Under the pieces are notes generated by a model, which worked only from the letters and a program-made list of their open reading frames with translations, ran no database searches and was not told where the DNA came from. Shown in pieces: positions 14,430 through 25,872 of a stretch of DNA of 64,000 nucleotides. A program made the position numbers and the translations under genes. Within the stretch, counting starts at the first letter, position 1, and every line of letters starts with the position of its first letter. This stretch comes from Bispira polyomma (lineage: Eukaryota). The stretch is from positions 37,200,001-37,264,000 of the forward strand of contig OZ287754.1 of NCBI GenBank assembly GCA_965649765.1, written 5' to 3'.

Positions 14430-16070
14430 ATGCCGCCAAAGAAGCAACGTAATCAGGAACAACTGGCCCAGGTCATGAAGGAAAGCAAAAGGTCAAATAC
14501 TATTTTTGAAAGATTTGTTGGCCCAAAAAAGGACGGTAAGTAAGGTTATAAGTAAGGTAGCCCTGACAAGGATAGGGTATAATTGGTCTCATCTGATCAT
14601 TTGTTTTTGCTATGGCACTGATCTGGTAGGGCAGCTTTAAAATCCCTTTAGGTACTTTCACTGTAGCTTGGCAGCGTCTGTAGCCCCAGACACGGTACTT
14701 TTGGCCTATGTCTGGTAATTATAGTGGCTGGCTCCATGCCCCTGGGAAAACAGAATTATTGGCATCGTCCTTATCCAGTACACCTACATGGATTCTGGGG
14801 TATCTGGACCTGATCAAGTTGTGCACTGTGCAGCAGCCCAGCAGTTTGGTCGTAACTGTCTCTGGGTATTGCCACATTGTGGTTAGGAGATCCCAAATGT
14901 CAAATGCACAGGTCTCCTGTCCATGTATAACATATGATTGAAGATGAGCTTTGGCTCAGCGACGTTCTATATGGAAAATGGCTTTATACACCATTTCCTC
15001 AGTGTGAGAGCGTCATCTCCAACTATAAATTTAATCTTTGGCTTGTCGTCCCCAGTTTGGGGCTCATCGTGAGAAGCCAATGGTGCCATCTTCAATAGCT
15101 TCGTTAAGTGGGCAGACATTAAAAATCTGGGTATCAAAGTAGCTGCCATTGCTACTCATGTCAACCTATAGAAACTTATAGTCCGCATACAATAGTCCAA
15201 TGAGTAAAATTCAGTGGAAACTTATGTAATTATAACAGAGTTCCTTATGTTCTTGGCAACAGAAATATCTCATATTTGGCCATACAGACATCTCTGATAA
15301 TATTTGAAATGATGTTGGCAGCCGAACATGTTGGATTTATATGAATTACCAAATGTCTAAGGGTGATGGCGGGTTCAATGGATATGCGATATAAGTGTTT
15401 GACTTCTCAATCCTGTGCTCCAAATGATCCACTCGCTCCTAAAACATAGCTGGGTCAACCGTAACAAATTCATTGCTTTTGATGTCCTCCCAGGCCCTTT
15501 CAGGCCTTATCAGGAGCCAGCTTGTAATTTTGTTGAAACAATAAATACTTGACATAGTTCTACTGGGCTTTGTTGACCTCTATATCAATCAAAATCCCTA
15601 GAAATTTCAGCCTGTCAGCAGCATTCATATATCTAGCCATTAGGTAATTGTGCAGTCATTAAACAATAAATAAATGATCATTTTTTATAGTTACCCATAC
15701 TAGAATTAATCCCTTTCATATCAGGACAAATGCCAGGATCGTGCATGAATCTCCTCAACTGGAGATCTAGATAGCAGGTCCTGGTACAATCCCAAAGTAC
15801 CTGATTGGGTCACAACGAGGAAGTCACGGTCTTCGTATTTGATTGCAATACTCACAAATGATCACACTTTTCGGGATAAAAACAGTTGGATTGCTCTGAT
15901 TTGCAATGATCTTACAACGGTCCGCAATATTCTGCAAAAACAGGCCGTTTCTCTGATTGAAAAATTACCAATATGGATGGCAGAAACAAAGCTACATCGC
16001 AGTCCCCACAAAGCTACATATAATCAGTTCTGCGACTTGTCATGTTTAGACAGTTCAAAACAAGAGGTTT
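14430..16070 (-). mobile_element. degraded PIF/Harbinger DNA transposon
   Basis: Minus-strand transposase remnants IVGDDALTLRKWCIKPFS, LIFN..RRPV..FGI, CCTVHNL and an N-terminal DPAMF..HRIEKSNT..LRHL. An opposing plus-strand ORF start MPPKKQRNQE at 14430 resembles the Harbinger second ORF. Ends approximate. Confidence 0.7.
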
Positions 16071-16679
16071 TTAGAGTTGTAGTTGGAATGTATAAGGCAT
16101 ATGTTGGTAGTAACGAATGATTTATTTAGGATAACATTTGTAGTTAAAGTAAAACGGGTCACCTTCTAAATTGTGGAGGTAAAAATAATATAGACATATG
16201 TTATGAAGGGGACAAGGGCAAAATTTGACACATATAGGCATTCCAATGATAAAGTACAATATACTACTGTATGTTATATATATGTGTACATATAAAGTAA
16301 TATAATATTATATTGTCATCATTTTATAAAATGTTAGTCAACTTTCATTTATATGTATGATTGAGATAAGAAGCATTTATTGCCAGTTGTCAAATGTCAG
16401 AGACAGTTATTTATCCTAATTAGGGATGACAGATTGCCTAATTTGCATAAAATCACTTTAATATTAGATTAAATACGTATGCTTCTTTACTGAGATAATC
16501 CAGTAGTGAAAAAAATTTAAAAAAATGAAGCAATTAATGGATTTCTCTTATAGCAGTGACCAAGTGCTACATTGTCAGTAGATAAACGCATGGAGTAGTG
16601 AAAATAGAAGAAATTAAAAGCTATTAACACTCGTTGAAATATGTCTGTTTTTATCGACTTCAGGGGTCATATGTTATGT

Positions 16680-16975
16680 CCTTGCTTACATCCTCGACTT
16701 TCGGGACATTGAGGATATACCTTTTGGGGATTTTAGGCTGCAAAATATTCTCCCATCATACATAGTAAAGGTAACAGCAGCATAATGTATAGTGCCATGG
16801 AAGAGTGGATACAGTGTCAATAGTGCCACCCTGAAGGTTGGTTTGATCAAATGCAATCTATTTTGAAATATCCAGCTAGTGACAATATAATGGAAAACAT
16901 AAAATATTTTGGAAAAAATGCCCTTTTAAATAAAATCCATTTGGAAAGGGCGTTCCATAATTTTTGTGAGGAGCC
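16680..16975 (+). pseudogene. RT fragment of another YR retrotransposon relic
   Basis: LKYPASDNIMENIKYFGKNALLNKIHLERAFHNF matches LSYPSIDHL..LGKGCQIFKIDMSRAF of E3. Confidence 0.6.
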
Positions 16976-16980
16976 CTTTG

Positions 16981-17360
16981 AGAATATTCTCTATATCCAA
17001 AAAGGAAAAGTCCAGGGCAGGCAAAAGGTCGTTACCAGAGAGCATCCACTAATGAAAGGGTGACTAAGGAGGGGGGTAGGCCAGTCTGTAAGTTTGATAA
17101 GAACATTCTCCATATCCAAAAAGGAAAAGTCCAGGGGAAGCAAAAGGTCGTTACCAGAGAGCATCCACTAATGAAAGGGTGAATAAGGAGGGGGGTAGGC
17201 CAGTCTGTAAGTTCAGATGGCTTCTGAAACCAGTGATTTTAACCTGTGATCTGACAGTGTTTGGAAGTTTGTTCCATTCAACAGTAGCCACAACAGCAAA
17301 GCAGCGCCTGCCAATTTTCTTGTTTAGTCGGATTCAAGACATGACAGGTGGTTTCCCCGG
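16981..17360 (-). mobile_element. L2/CR1 LINE 3' end with tandemly duplicated 3' UTR
   Basis: The minus strand encodes RCFAVVATVEWNKLPNTVRS, like an L2 C-terminus. Two ~114-bp direct copies start at 16981 and 17100. Confidence 0.65.
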
Positions 17361-18047
17361 GTAAGATTACTAGATTTGATGAGTGAAGTATCAATAGAGC
17401 ATTTTGAGGTAGCTACAATGGTGCTACAATGTCTCGGAAAACAGAGACTGAATACTTACAATTAGTAGGTACCAATACAAAGAAAATATGCAAATTTTTA
17501 AGTTTTGCAAATTGTTGTTTTGTTTTTGCATTGATTTGGTATTTAGTACATAAATAATAGACTACATATAATGGAACCTAGAGAGTGACAGACTAATAGA
17601 CAGTCGAAAGTTTTTGTATTTTAGATTGATATTTTTATTTGAATTATGCACCTCTGAAATACTTTTCTGTACTAATAAGCAAACTATTAATATATATTAG
17701 TATTTAACTATTAAAGTTGCTAATCATGGATTTGTGATTATATACAATGTACTAAAATATATGTATGGTGTTAATAATACAGTGCTATAGTATTACATTG
17801 TTTCTATTTAAGTTTATCTGGTTCTAAACTAGATTAAAAATGTGTAGTCGCAAAGTTGGTCTCTGAAGCTAGTTTTGCTTAATGTGTGACTTCTATTGTA
17901 ACATATGTTCAAATGGTCACTTGTTTTACTTTTATGGAGAAAACAAAGTAAAATGGTTTAAAACGGAAAAGGTTGGGGAGTGTGTATATAACAATTTTAT
18001 GGCTAGAGTACATTGTATAGTCCTGCAAAGATATTGTACCGTTTTAA

Positions 18048-20312
18048 ATGGCAAAGTTAGGTAGTGATTTAGTTGTGTTGTCTGCAAACTGCCAAGGCCT
18101 ACGTACTCTAGAGAAAAGAAATGATGTAATAAGTTTTTTCAAGGACACAAATGCTGGATTAGTTTGTCTTCAAGACACCCATTTACTTGAAAAGGACATA
18201 ACACAGGTGAAAACAGTTTGTTACTTAAATGGGAGGAAATCAAACTCTCGAGGCGTAGCTATGTTATTGACAATTTTAAACATGAAGTTATATCTGTAAA
18301 TAGAGACACTGAAGGCAACTACCTGCAACTAATAATACAATTACATACTATGGTTGTAAATTTAATGACGATTTATGCCCCAAATATAGACAGTCCATAT
18401 TTTTTTAGAGAAATACAAAAATTAGTCACCGATAGCAACTCCGACTACAGCATAATATGTGGACACTTCAATCTAGTTTTAGATCCGATTAAAGATTCAT
18501 ACAATTATACAAATGTTAACAATCCTAAAGCACGAGAAACAGTTCGATTTAATGCGATTTAATAGATGTCTTTAGAACTTTCTATCCAGAAAAACAGAGA
18601 TATACTTAGAGAAGAAAAAATTCAATAAAACAAGCGAGATTAGACTACTTTCTAATATCAAGGCCACTGAGTGACATAATAAATACTTCAGAAATAAGAC
18701 CAAGCTAAAGGTCCGATCATTTAATGATAGAATTAAGAATTAGTCTCACAAAATTTGTAATTGGAAAAGGTATATGGAAATTCAACAACAGTCTTTTGAG
18801 CAACAACGATTACTTGACACTAATAAACATAATTATTGAAGAAAAAATAAAATATGCAGTCCCTGTCTATGACATACAATTTTTAGAGAAATTTGAAAAT
18901 GACGATATTCATTTTGTAATAGACGATGATCTATTCCTAGAAGTATTGTATCTTAGAATTTGAGGGGAAACTATAAAGTTTGCATCAAAAATAAAGAAAA
19001 AAATGAACTCTGTAGAAGAAAATTTAAAAAAAGATATAGAAACGATAGAAAGGAATGAACATTTAAATAATCATTACGAACAAATAGTAAATGATAAAAA
19101 ACAAAAACTAGAACAACTTAGGTCCCATAAGGTGAGAGGTTTTATGATTAGGTCCCGCCTGACATGGCTTCAAGAAGACAAAAAACCTACAAAATTATTT
19201 TGTAATTTAGAGAATAAAAATTTTGTTGAAAAAACAATAAGGAAATTACAGTTAAACAAGGGTTCTATTGTAACAGAACAGGAAGATATTTTAGCAAGTA
19301 TTAAGGATTATTATACCAATCTATTTAAAAAAAGAAAGAAGTCACAGAAATACTTGTATATAAAGGATTTGTTTGGGGGAAATATATATAAACAAGTCAA
19401 TAATGATCTAGAATTAGGCAAGCTCGTAGAAGTACATGAAGTAAGTGCCGCCTTAAAGTTGATGAAAAACAATAAGACACAAGGGATTGATGGGATATAT
19501 GCAGACTTTCTGACCAAAATTGAAATTATATGTGACCAGAGCAACTAATAGTTGTTTCAACAAAGCTCAACTTTCAACTTCTCTCTGTCAAAGTATTATA
19601 ACTTGTCTACCAAAAGGTTCAAAAGACTGAACACTTTTGAAAAATTAGAGGCCAATTTCAATTTTATGTGTGACCTACAAGTTGGCTTCATCAGTTATAG
19701 CAAACAGAATTAAACCTCATTTAAATAAAATTATATTGAGATCCCAAACAGGCTTTCTAGCTGGAAGAAATATAGCTGAAAGCACTAGATTAATTTATAA
19801 TATAATGCACTATGCAGAATCTGAAGATATAGATGGACTTTTAATGCTTATAGATTTTGAAAAGGCGTTTGATTCGATTTCATGGTCATTTCTATATCAA
19901 ACTTTAACTTTCTTTGGATTCGATGAGCATTTACTAAGGTGGATTAAACTATTTAATAATAATATTTCAGCTAGGGTCCAACAGTGTGGTTTTTTATCTG
20001 ATGCAATTCCAATCGAACGAAGTTGTAGACAAGAAGATCCAATATCTCCATATTTATTTATAATTGCAGCGGAAATATTAAGACAATTAATAAAAATAAG
20101 TCCAGAAATTGAAGGTATAAAAATTGAAGGCATAGAACATAGGCTAACACAGTTTGCAGACGACACAACAATCATACTTGATGGCAGTTTAGGTTCTTTG
20201 CAGGCAACTCTCAATGTAATAGAAATTGATTGAGCTTTATCAGGTCTTAAGATTAACACTGATAAGACTAAATTAGTGTGGATAGGTAAAAAAAGAGGTT
20301 CAAAGGAGAAGT
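18048..20312 (+). pseudogene. Tx1/L1-clade LINE ORF2, 5' part (APE endonuclease + RT)
   Basis: SANCQGL, CLQDTH, SRGVA, IYAPN, GHFN, RLDYFL, SDH, WKFNNSLL, QTGF..GR, IDFEKAFD, QFADDTT, KTKLVWIG; several frameshifts and stops. Confidence 0.92.
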
Positions 20313-20780
20313 GGGGGCTAGGGTGTTGACAGCACCAGGTTTCAGTCCAAAGAAAGTGACACTAATTAATAGTTCCCCCCTTTTAGCCATTTTTCTTTCT
20401 GGCAAGCTAATGATTGCCTGTCTCCCTTGAGAGACTGCTAACTTGCCACCATGGCTTTCTTACTATATAAACCCCTGTTTCTTTGGCATAAAGCATCTAA
20501 ATTCTCTTGTTACTGGAAGTGCTGTCAAAAATCACGGTCACATTTGGGGCCTTCTACTTCAAATAACTCGAGCAATTACCAGATTTTGGGAGAATATCAT
20601 GTGTGATTTTATGGAAAAGATTTTATGTGTTTTAGTGATTTTATGAAAAACATTTCATGTGTTTTAGTTTATTTTAAGTGTCAGCAAGTTTAAAATATTA
20701 CTGTATCACAGTCGAAAGGAGTCGTCTTGTGTGTCATATAAAGTGTTGTGTTACATAAAGTGTTATGTTTAGAAAGTAAA

Positions 20781-22144
20781 ATGGCTAGGCCAAGTGCCTA
20801 TTGTAAAAAGTGCGGGAAAAATCACCCAAGACCTGTGGGAAGGCATTGTGTATTAAATATTACCGAAAATGTGGAATCGCCAGTGTGTGATAAAGAATCA
20901 CAGCCAGCCAGAGCTAGAGGACGTCCTCGGAATGTGCCTGATTCGCCAACGCGCTCTGATTCGTCTGGAGCTCAGAAGCTGGATTTCATAATCTCCAAGC
21001 TACAGAAGTTGGAAGATCAGGTAAACCACGTGCAGAGTGAGCAGCGAAGCAGAAGCAGAGTCGAACGCGTCCTGGATGCTGACCGTCGTCGATCCCCCGA
21101 GAGGTCCGGGTATGTTCCCGACAGCAGTCGAACCCGCCGACGTTCCCCTATCTGGTCCCCTGAGAAAGCCGGTTATGTTCCCGATACCAGTCGATCTCGC
21201 AGATGATCCCCTGTTCGAGCAGGGTATGACCTTGCTAATGACGACCCACTGATGGGAGACAAGGACTGGGATCGTTTGATGGATGACATAGATTCTGAGC
21301 GTCGAGGAGGCCTTCCTGTTTTTAACAGATGACCTGAGCGAGCTGCTGCTGAACGGGGCCGTCATGATGATACCAGACCAGCTGCTGACCGAGGACACTA
21401 TAACTGTCAAGATTCAGAAGATCTGCTGCTGCCGAGCCAGCAATTTCTTCGCCAGAACGATCACATACAACGTCAAGTTGACGCACGCCTCAAACACCAT
21501 AAAAACAGGCTGGCCTCCTCACCAGAAGAACATGGTAAGAAACTTAAATCAGGTTTATTGCGTACTGGGGAGCATACTATCAAAGAATATATAAATTGGC
21601 CACATGAGCATTGTTATGTAAATTCAAGTAGAAAGTACCCAGCGTATGATGAACTTACTCCACTCATGTGGTTTCAAGGTTATTTACAGTGTATGTTAGA
21701 AGAAACAGAAAGTGTAGTTAGAACTAATATGATGCAGTACGGGGTACAGTTGATGCGGGATGCCATGGAAACATCATGGTACACTGCCAAAAGTGCACAT
21801 TGTGTATTACTATTAGAGATGGAAAGGGGGAAAGTTGATTGGCATGATATGAGATCTGTTCACGAAATAAGGGCTTGTCTAACACAACGCACTATAAAAG
21901 AAAATAGTCGCGAATCTGCCTCAACTAATTCAGCAAAAAACTCTAAAACAATAAAACTGTACCCTGCACTGCATATAATAAAGGTACTTGTACTCAAACT
22001 AGTGACCATGCATTTGCTGGCATGATTTTAAAACATGGATGTGTAAAGTGTTTTAGGCTTACTGAGAAATTTCATGCACATAGGGAAGTCAATTGCAAGG
22101 GGCCGGAAAACGGGAAAAGCCTCCAGCAGGCATCAAAAGCATAG
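20781..22144 (+). pseudogene. gag-like ORF of E2
   Basis: MARPSAYCKKCGKNHPRPVGRHC, RRSP repeats, KKLKSG..INWPHE..YDELT..W..G, C-terminal Cys/His cluster. Two TGA stops (probably from CGA) and one frameshift. Confidence 0.85.
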
Positions 22145-24283
22145 AAATTAAAACAAGGACTTTTTGGAACACTGCTTGGCTGGAGACTCTTGAAAAAACT
22201 AGAAAATCAAAACTATTTAATGTAAAAGGTAAAATTGTGGGAGATGTGTGTGAGAATATAAAAATCCCGCCCTCCACAGCCCCTACAATTGAAACTAAAA
22301 CAAATAAAACCACACCTCAAGGTAAACAAGTTAGTGTTCAGAAAGTATGTGACATCATTCAGCAAGTCTATTCTCCTCCCCCACAAAGGGGGGATATTGC
22401 TGTGCCTTCTGTGTCCCCACAGTCTATGGTAAATAGCCATTCTTCTTCTGTCAAACATAATGACATTCAGGGCAGCCCCCTTTCAGAACCTATAATTGAC
22501 ATATGTGTAAAGCGGGAATTACATAATACCAATGAGCGACCAAAATTCCACAAGTCTAAAGACAATTTTGGATTTATATGCTTATACAAACCAGTATACA
22601 CTGTTCCAAAAAACTAGGAATAATATTCATTACAAAACTTTGGAACAATGGGCCATTTTAGCCAATAATATGGTTAACCAAGTCGGTGGCCCTAATTATA
22701 TGGGGGCAAGACTCCCAGTCCCGTCAGAGTTAAATATCCCAGCCTGGAGGAATTTATTACAAAAAGACCATGATGTGTTGTTGCCAGAATATCTGGAATT
22801 TGGTTTTCCTCTTTGTATAGAAAAACAAGGTTTTACATTTAATAATGTTGTGAGAAACCATGACTCTGCTCTCCAACACCAAAGTAGTGTAGACGAATAT
22901 TTTGTAACTGAACCCCTCCACAAGGCTATTGCTGGCCCATTTCACACCCCTCCTTTTCAGAATATCCACTTTTCACCAGTAATGACACGTCCAAAAAGTG
23001 ACAATACCCGTCGAATTATTGTAGACTTGTCATGGCCACATGATCAATCATCTGTTAACAATTCTGTGTTAGACGCTGTTTATGATGATCACCCATTTTG
23101 TTTGACTCTACCTAATATTGACTGGTTAGTAGACAGAATTAATGAGCTAGGTGATAATTGCTTATTATATAAAATTGATTTATCTAGGGTGTTTAGGAAC
23201 TTAAGGATAGATCATGCTGATTACAATTATGCAGCCTTAACATGGAAAAATAAAACATATATTGATTTGTCTGTAATGATGGGATATAAACATGGCACGG
23301 CTCTTTGTGAAAAGGTGACTGATTCAATACGTAGACTCATGAGAGATAAGGATTATCTTATCTACAACTACATCGACGACATAGTAGCAGCAGATACTCC
23401 TGAAAAAGCTAACGTCTCTTTTAAAACTTTGTACTCATTAATCGAACATTTGGGTCTTCCCATAAACCCCAAAAAAGTGGAAACCCCATCTGAAACTATA
23501 ACATGTATGGGGATAATTATTTATGCCCGCACCGGAATATTAAAAATCCCTCAACAAAAAATGTCAGACATTCAAGAAATGTGTGAACAATGGAAAGGCA
23601 AAACTAATTGTACACGCAGGCAACTTCAATCATTACTAGGAAAGCTCTTGTATATACACCGGTGTGTAAAGCCCGCACGTCTGTTTTTAAATAGAATGTT
23701 GGCACTACTGCGTTCATCACATCCTAAAACAAATATCGCTCTCAATGAAGACTTCAGGCGTGACCTTAATTGGTTTAGAGTTTTTACTCAGTCATTCAAC
23801 AGTGTAGTTGAAATGCACACAAAAACAACACCCAATTATGAATTCTTTGTTGACACGTCTCTCACTGCGTGGGGGCTGTGTTCAAAAACAATGTATATAC
23901 CTCCACTTTTCCTGACAACACACCTCCAGCATTCACTATTGTTCACCATGAGATGTGGAACATTTTAGTGGCACTAAGAAAATGGGGTCATTTATGTCAA
24001 AACTCAGTGTTGCAAATATGGTGTGATAACATAGCCGTAGTATTTACACTCAACACAGTAAAATAAAGGATGACGCCCTCTCATTGATTGCTAGAGCCAT
24101 ATAGCTTGAGGTCGCTATTTGTAACATCAAGATGCACTTGAAACATGTACCTGGAGTAAAAAATGTAATGGCGGACTGCCTCTCCTGTATGTTTTCACAA
24201 AAACAATTCCCACCAACACTGTTGCAGCACTTGTCGCAAAAATGTTGGTGGCCTATAACAAAGAATGATTTCACCCTGAGTAA
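22105..24283 (+). pseudogene. pol (linker + RT + RNase H) of E2
   Basis: The 478-aa ORF 22532-23968 has EFGFPL, RRIIVDLSWP, KIDLSR, YIDD and LQSLLGKL; RNase H HHEMWNI..CDN follows in a shifted frame. Confidence 0.92.
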
Positions 24284-24304
24284 TGATATTTAATGATTTT
24301 CCAG

Positions 24305-25263
24305 GTACTACCCAAGAAAAAACTCTATATTCTGCTGCATTACAAAGGTTACCACAAGCCTTTACAGAAAAGACACAGCAATCCTACCTTCAATGCATCA
24401 GGCTGTACTTAGCCTTAGCTATTGCTCTACAAGTGCCTGACTATACCACAATCAATTACTTACTTGTATTTTTGGAATACCTTGTGCAGCAAGGCTTAAA
24501 ACCCCCCTCTATTCAAAATTATCTGTCCTCTATAAAATTTTATTTTCAATTATGGGGTGTTTCCACTACTCCGCTCCACCACCCCCATATCAGACTGTTT
24601 TTAAAGTCATTATCTCTTACCACCCCTTATAACCCAAAATTAAAGTCAATCATCTCAATTTCTATTCTCACCTCTATAATTACTCAGTGTGAGCATTTTA
24701 AAAATGCACATGTATTTCAAGCTTTATTTCTCACTGCCTTTTTCGGCTTCTTTAGATTATCAAATCTAGTTCCCTCTTCTTCCTCCACTATAAACGCACA
24801 CAGGCACCTTACAGTGCAAGATTTAGTATGGGGACATCCTGGAGTGCATATTATTATCAGATGGGCGAAAAACCTCCAACGTTACAACCAATACCATGTA
24901 GTTCAACTCCCCTTTATTAAAAACTCATTACTGTGTCCTGTTACTGCATTACGGGTAATGATAAAACTGAATCAGCCAAAACTCTCTGCTCCATTGTTTT
25001 CTATTGACAATGTTCCGCTTACTGCTTACAAAGTTAGAAGCGTTCTCAGACAAATTATAATAAAACTCCAACTAAATCCGTCAGCATTCACCTTTCATGC
25101 TTTCCGTCGGTTGGGTGCGACTTTCGCATTCGAAAACAATATTGACCTCCAATCCATCATGGTACATGGGGGTTGGAGGTCTCAAGCCGTCTGGGCTTAC
25201 TTACAGTCAACCCCAAATGCGGCTGCCACAGTAGCTACATCAATACAACAACTCTTACAATAA
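24305..25263 (+). CDS. tyrosine recombinase of E2 (open frame; predicted second exon of a Gag-N/YR fusion)
   Basis: FFGFFRLSN, HAFRR, HGGW..VWAY give the complete R-H-R-H/W-Y set; preceded by the acceptor ttttccag at 24304. Confidence 0.88.
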
Positions 25264-25872
25264 GTACGCCAAGTCTGGGCTCTTTGGGGCAATGTTTGTT
25301 TATATATATATATACATACTTTTACATTGTAACGATAATCTTATTTTATGTTTATACTTATACACTTTACTATAATTATTCTTGTCATTTCAGCCAGTCG
25401 GCTTGAGGTAAACATAGCTTATATAAGCATAGGTTTCAGTAATTTGTATGCAACATTTTAGTTAAGCTTTTACCACTTGCTAAACTTAAGTATTAAAGTG
25501 GATTTATCAGGATATACTGATGTCTTAATAACAATAATGAACTCTTATTAATAATGCTAATGCCTGATTGTAATGTTTGTAACTAATTGCAATTAACTAA
25601 AGTTAAGTGCATGATTTGTATCATGTAGCAATAAGACTAAGTGCAATTAACCACAGTGAAGTTGTGCATGAATTAACTGTGCTATATTTTATATATTTTT
25701 GCTACAAAACTTGTAAATATGTAGTGTTAACAAATACTAATGATAGTTATATGTTTTAGATTAATAAATGCCCAAAGAGTGCCTTTTATTGACTTGGTGT
25801 TCACTTATCACTTGCCCTTCAGTTCTCACCCTTACTCTGGTAAACATATAGTTCTGGAACAAACAAGGACTG

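Larger units (their letters stand above)
20313..25872 (+). mobile_element. Ngaro-like YR retrotransposon E2 inserted in the LINE
   Basis: gag-RT/RH-YR. Removing 20313-25872 restores the LINE frame (..SKEK-LNISAELDWG..). Starts GGGGGCTAGG, ends AAGGACTG. Confidence 0.95.

Noticed and set aside
25263-25872. Ngaro split direct repeats or long DIRS ITRs
   Set aside because: Searched by eye in E1-E4; no repeat of either terminus found beyond the short pairings reported.
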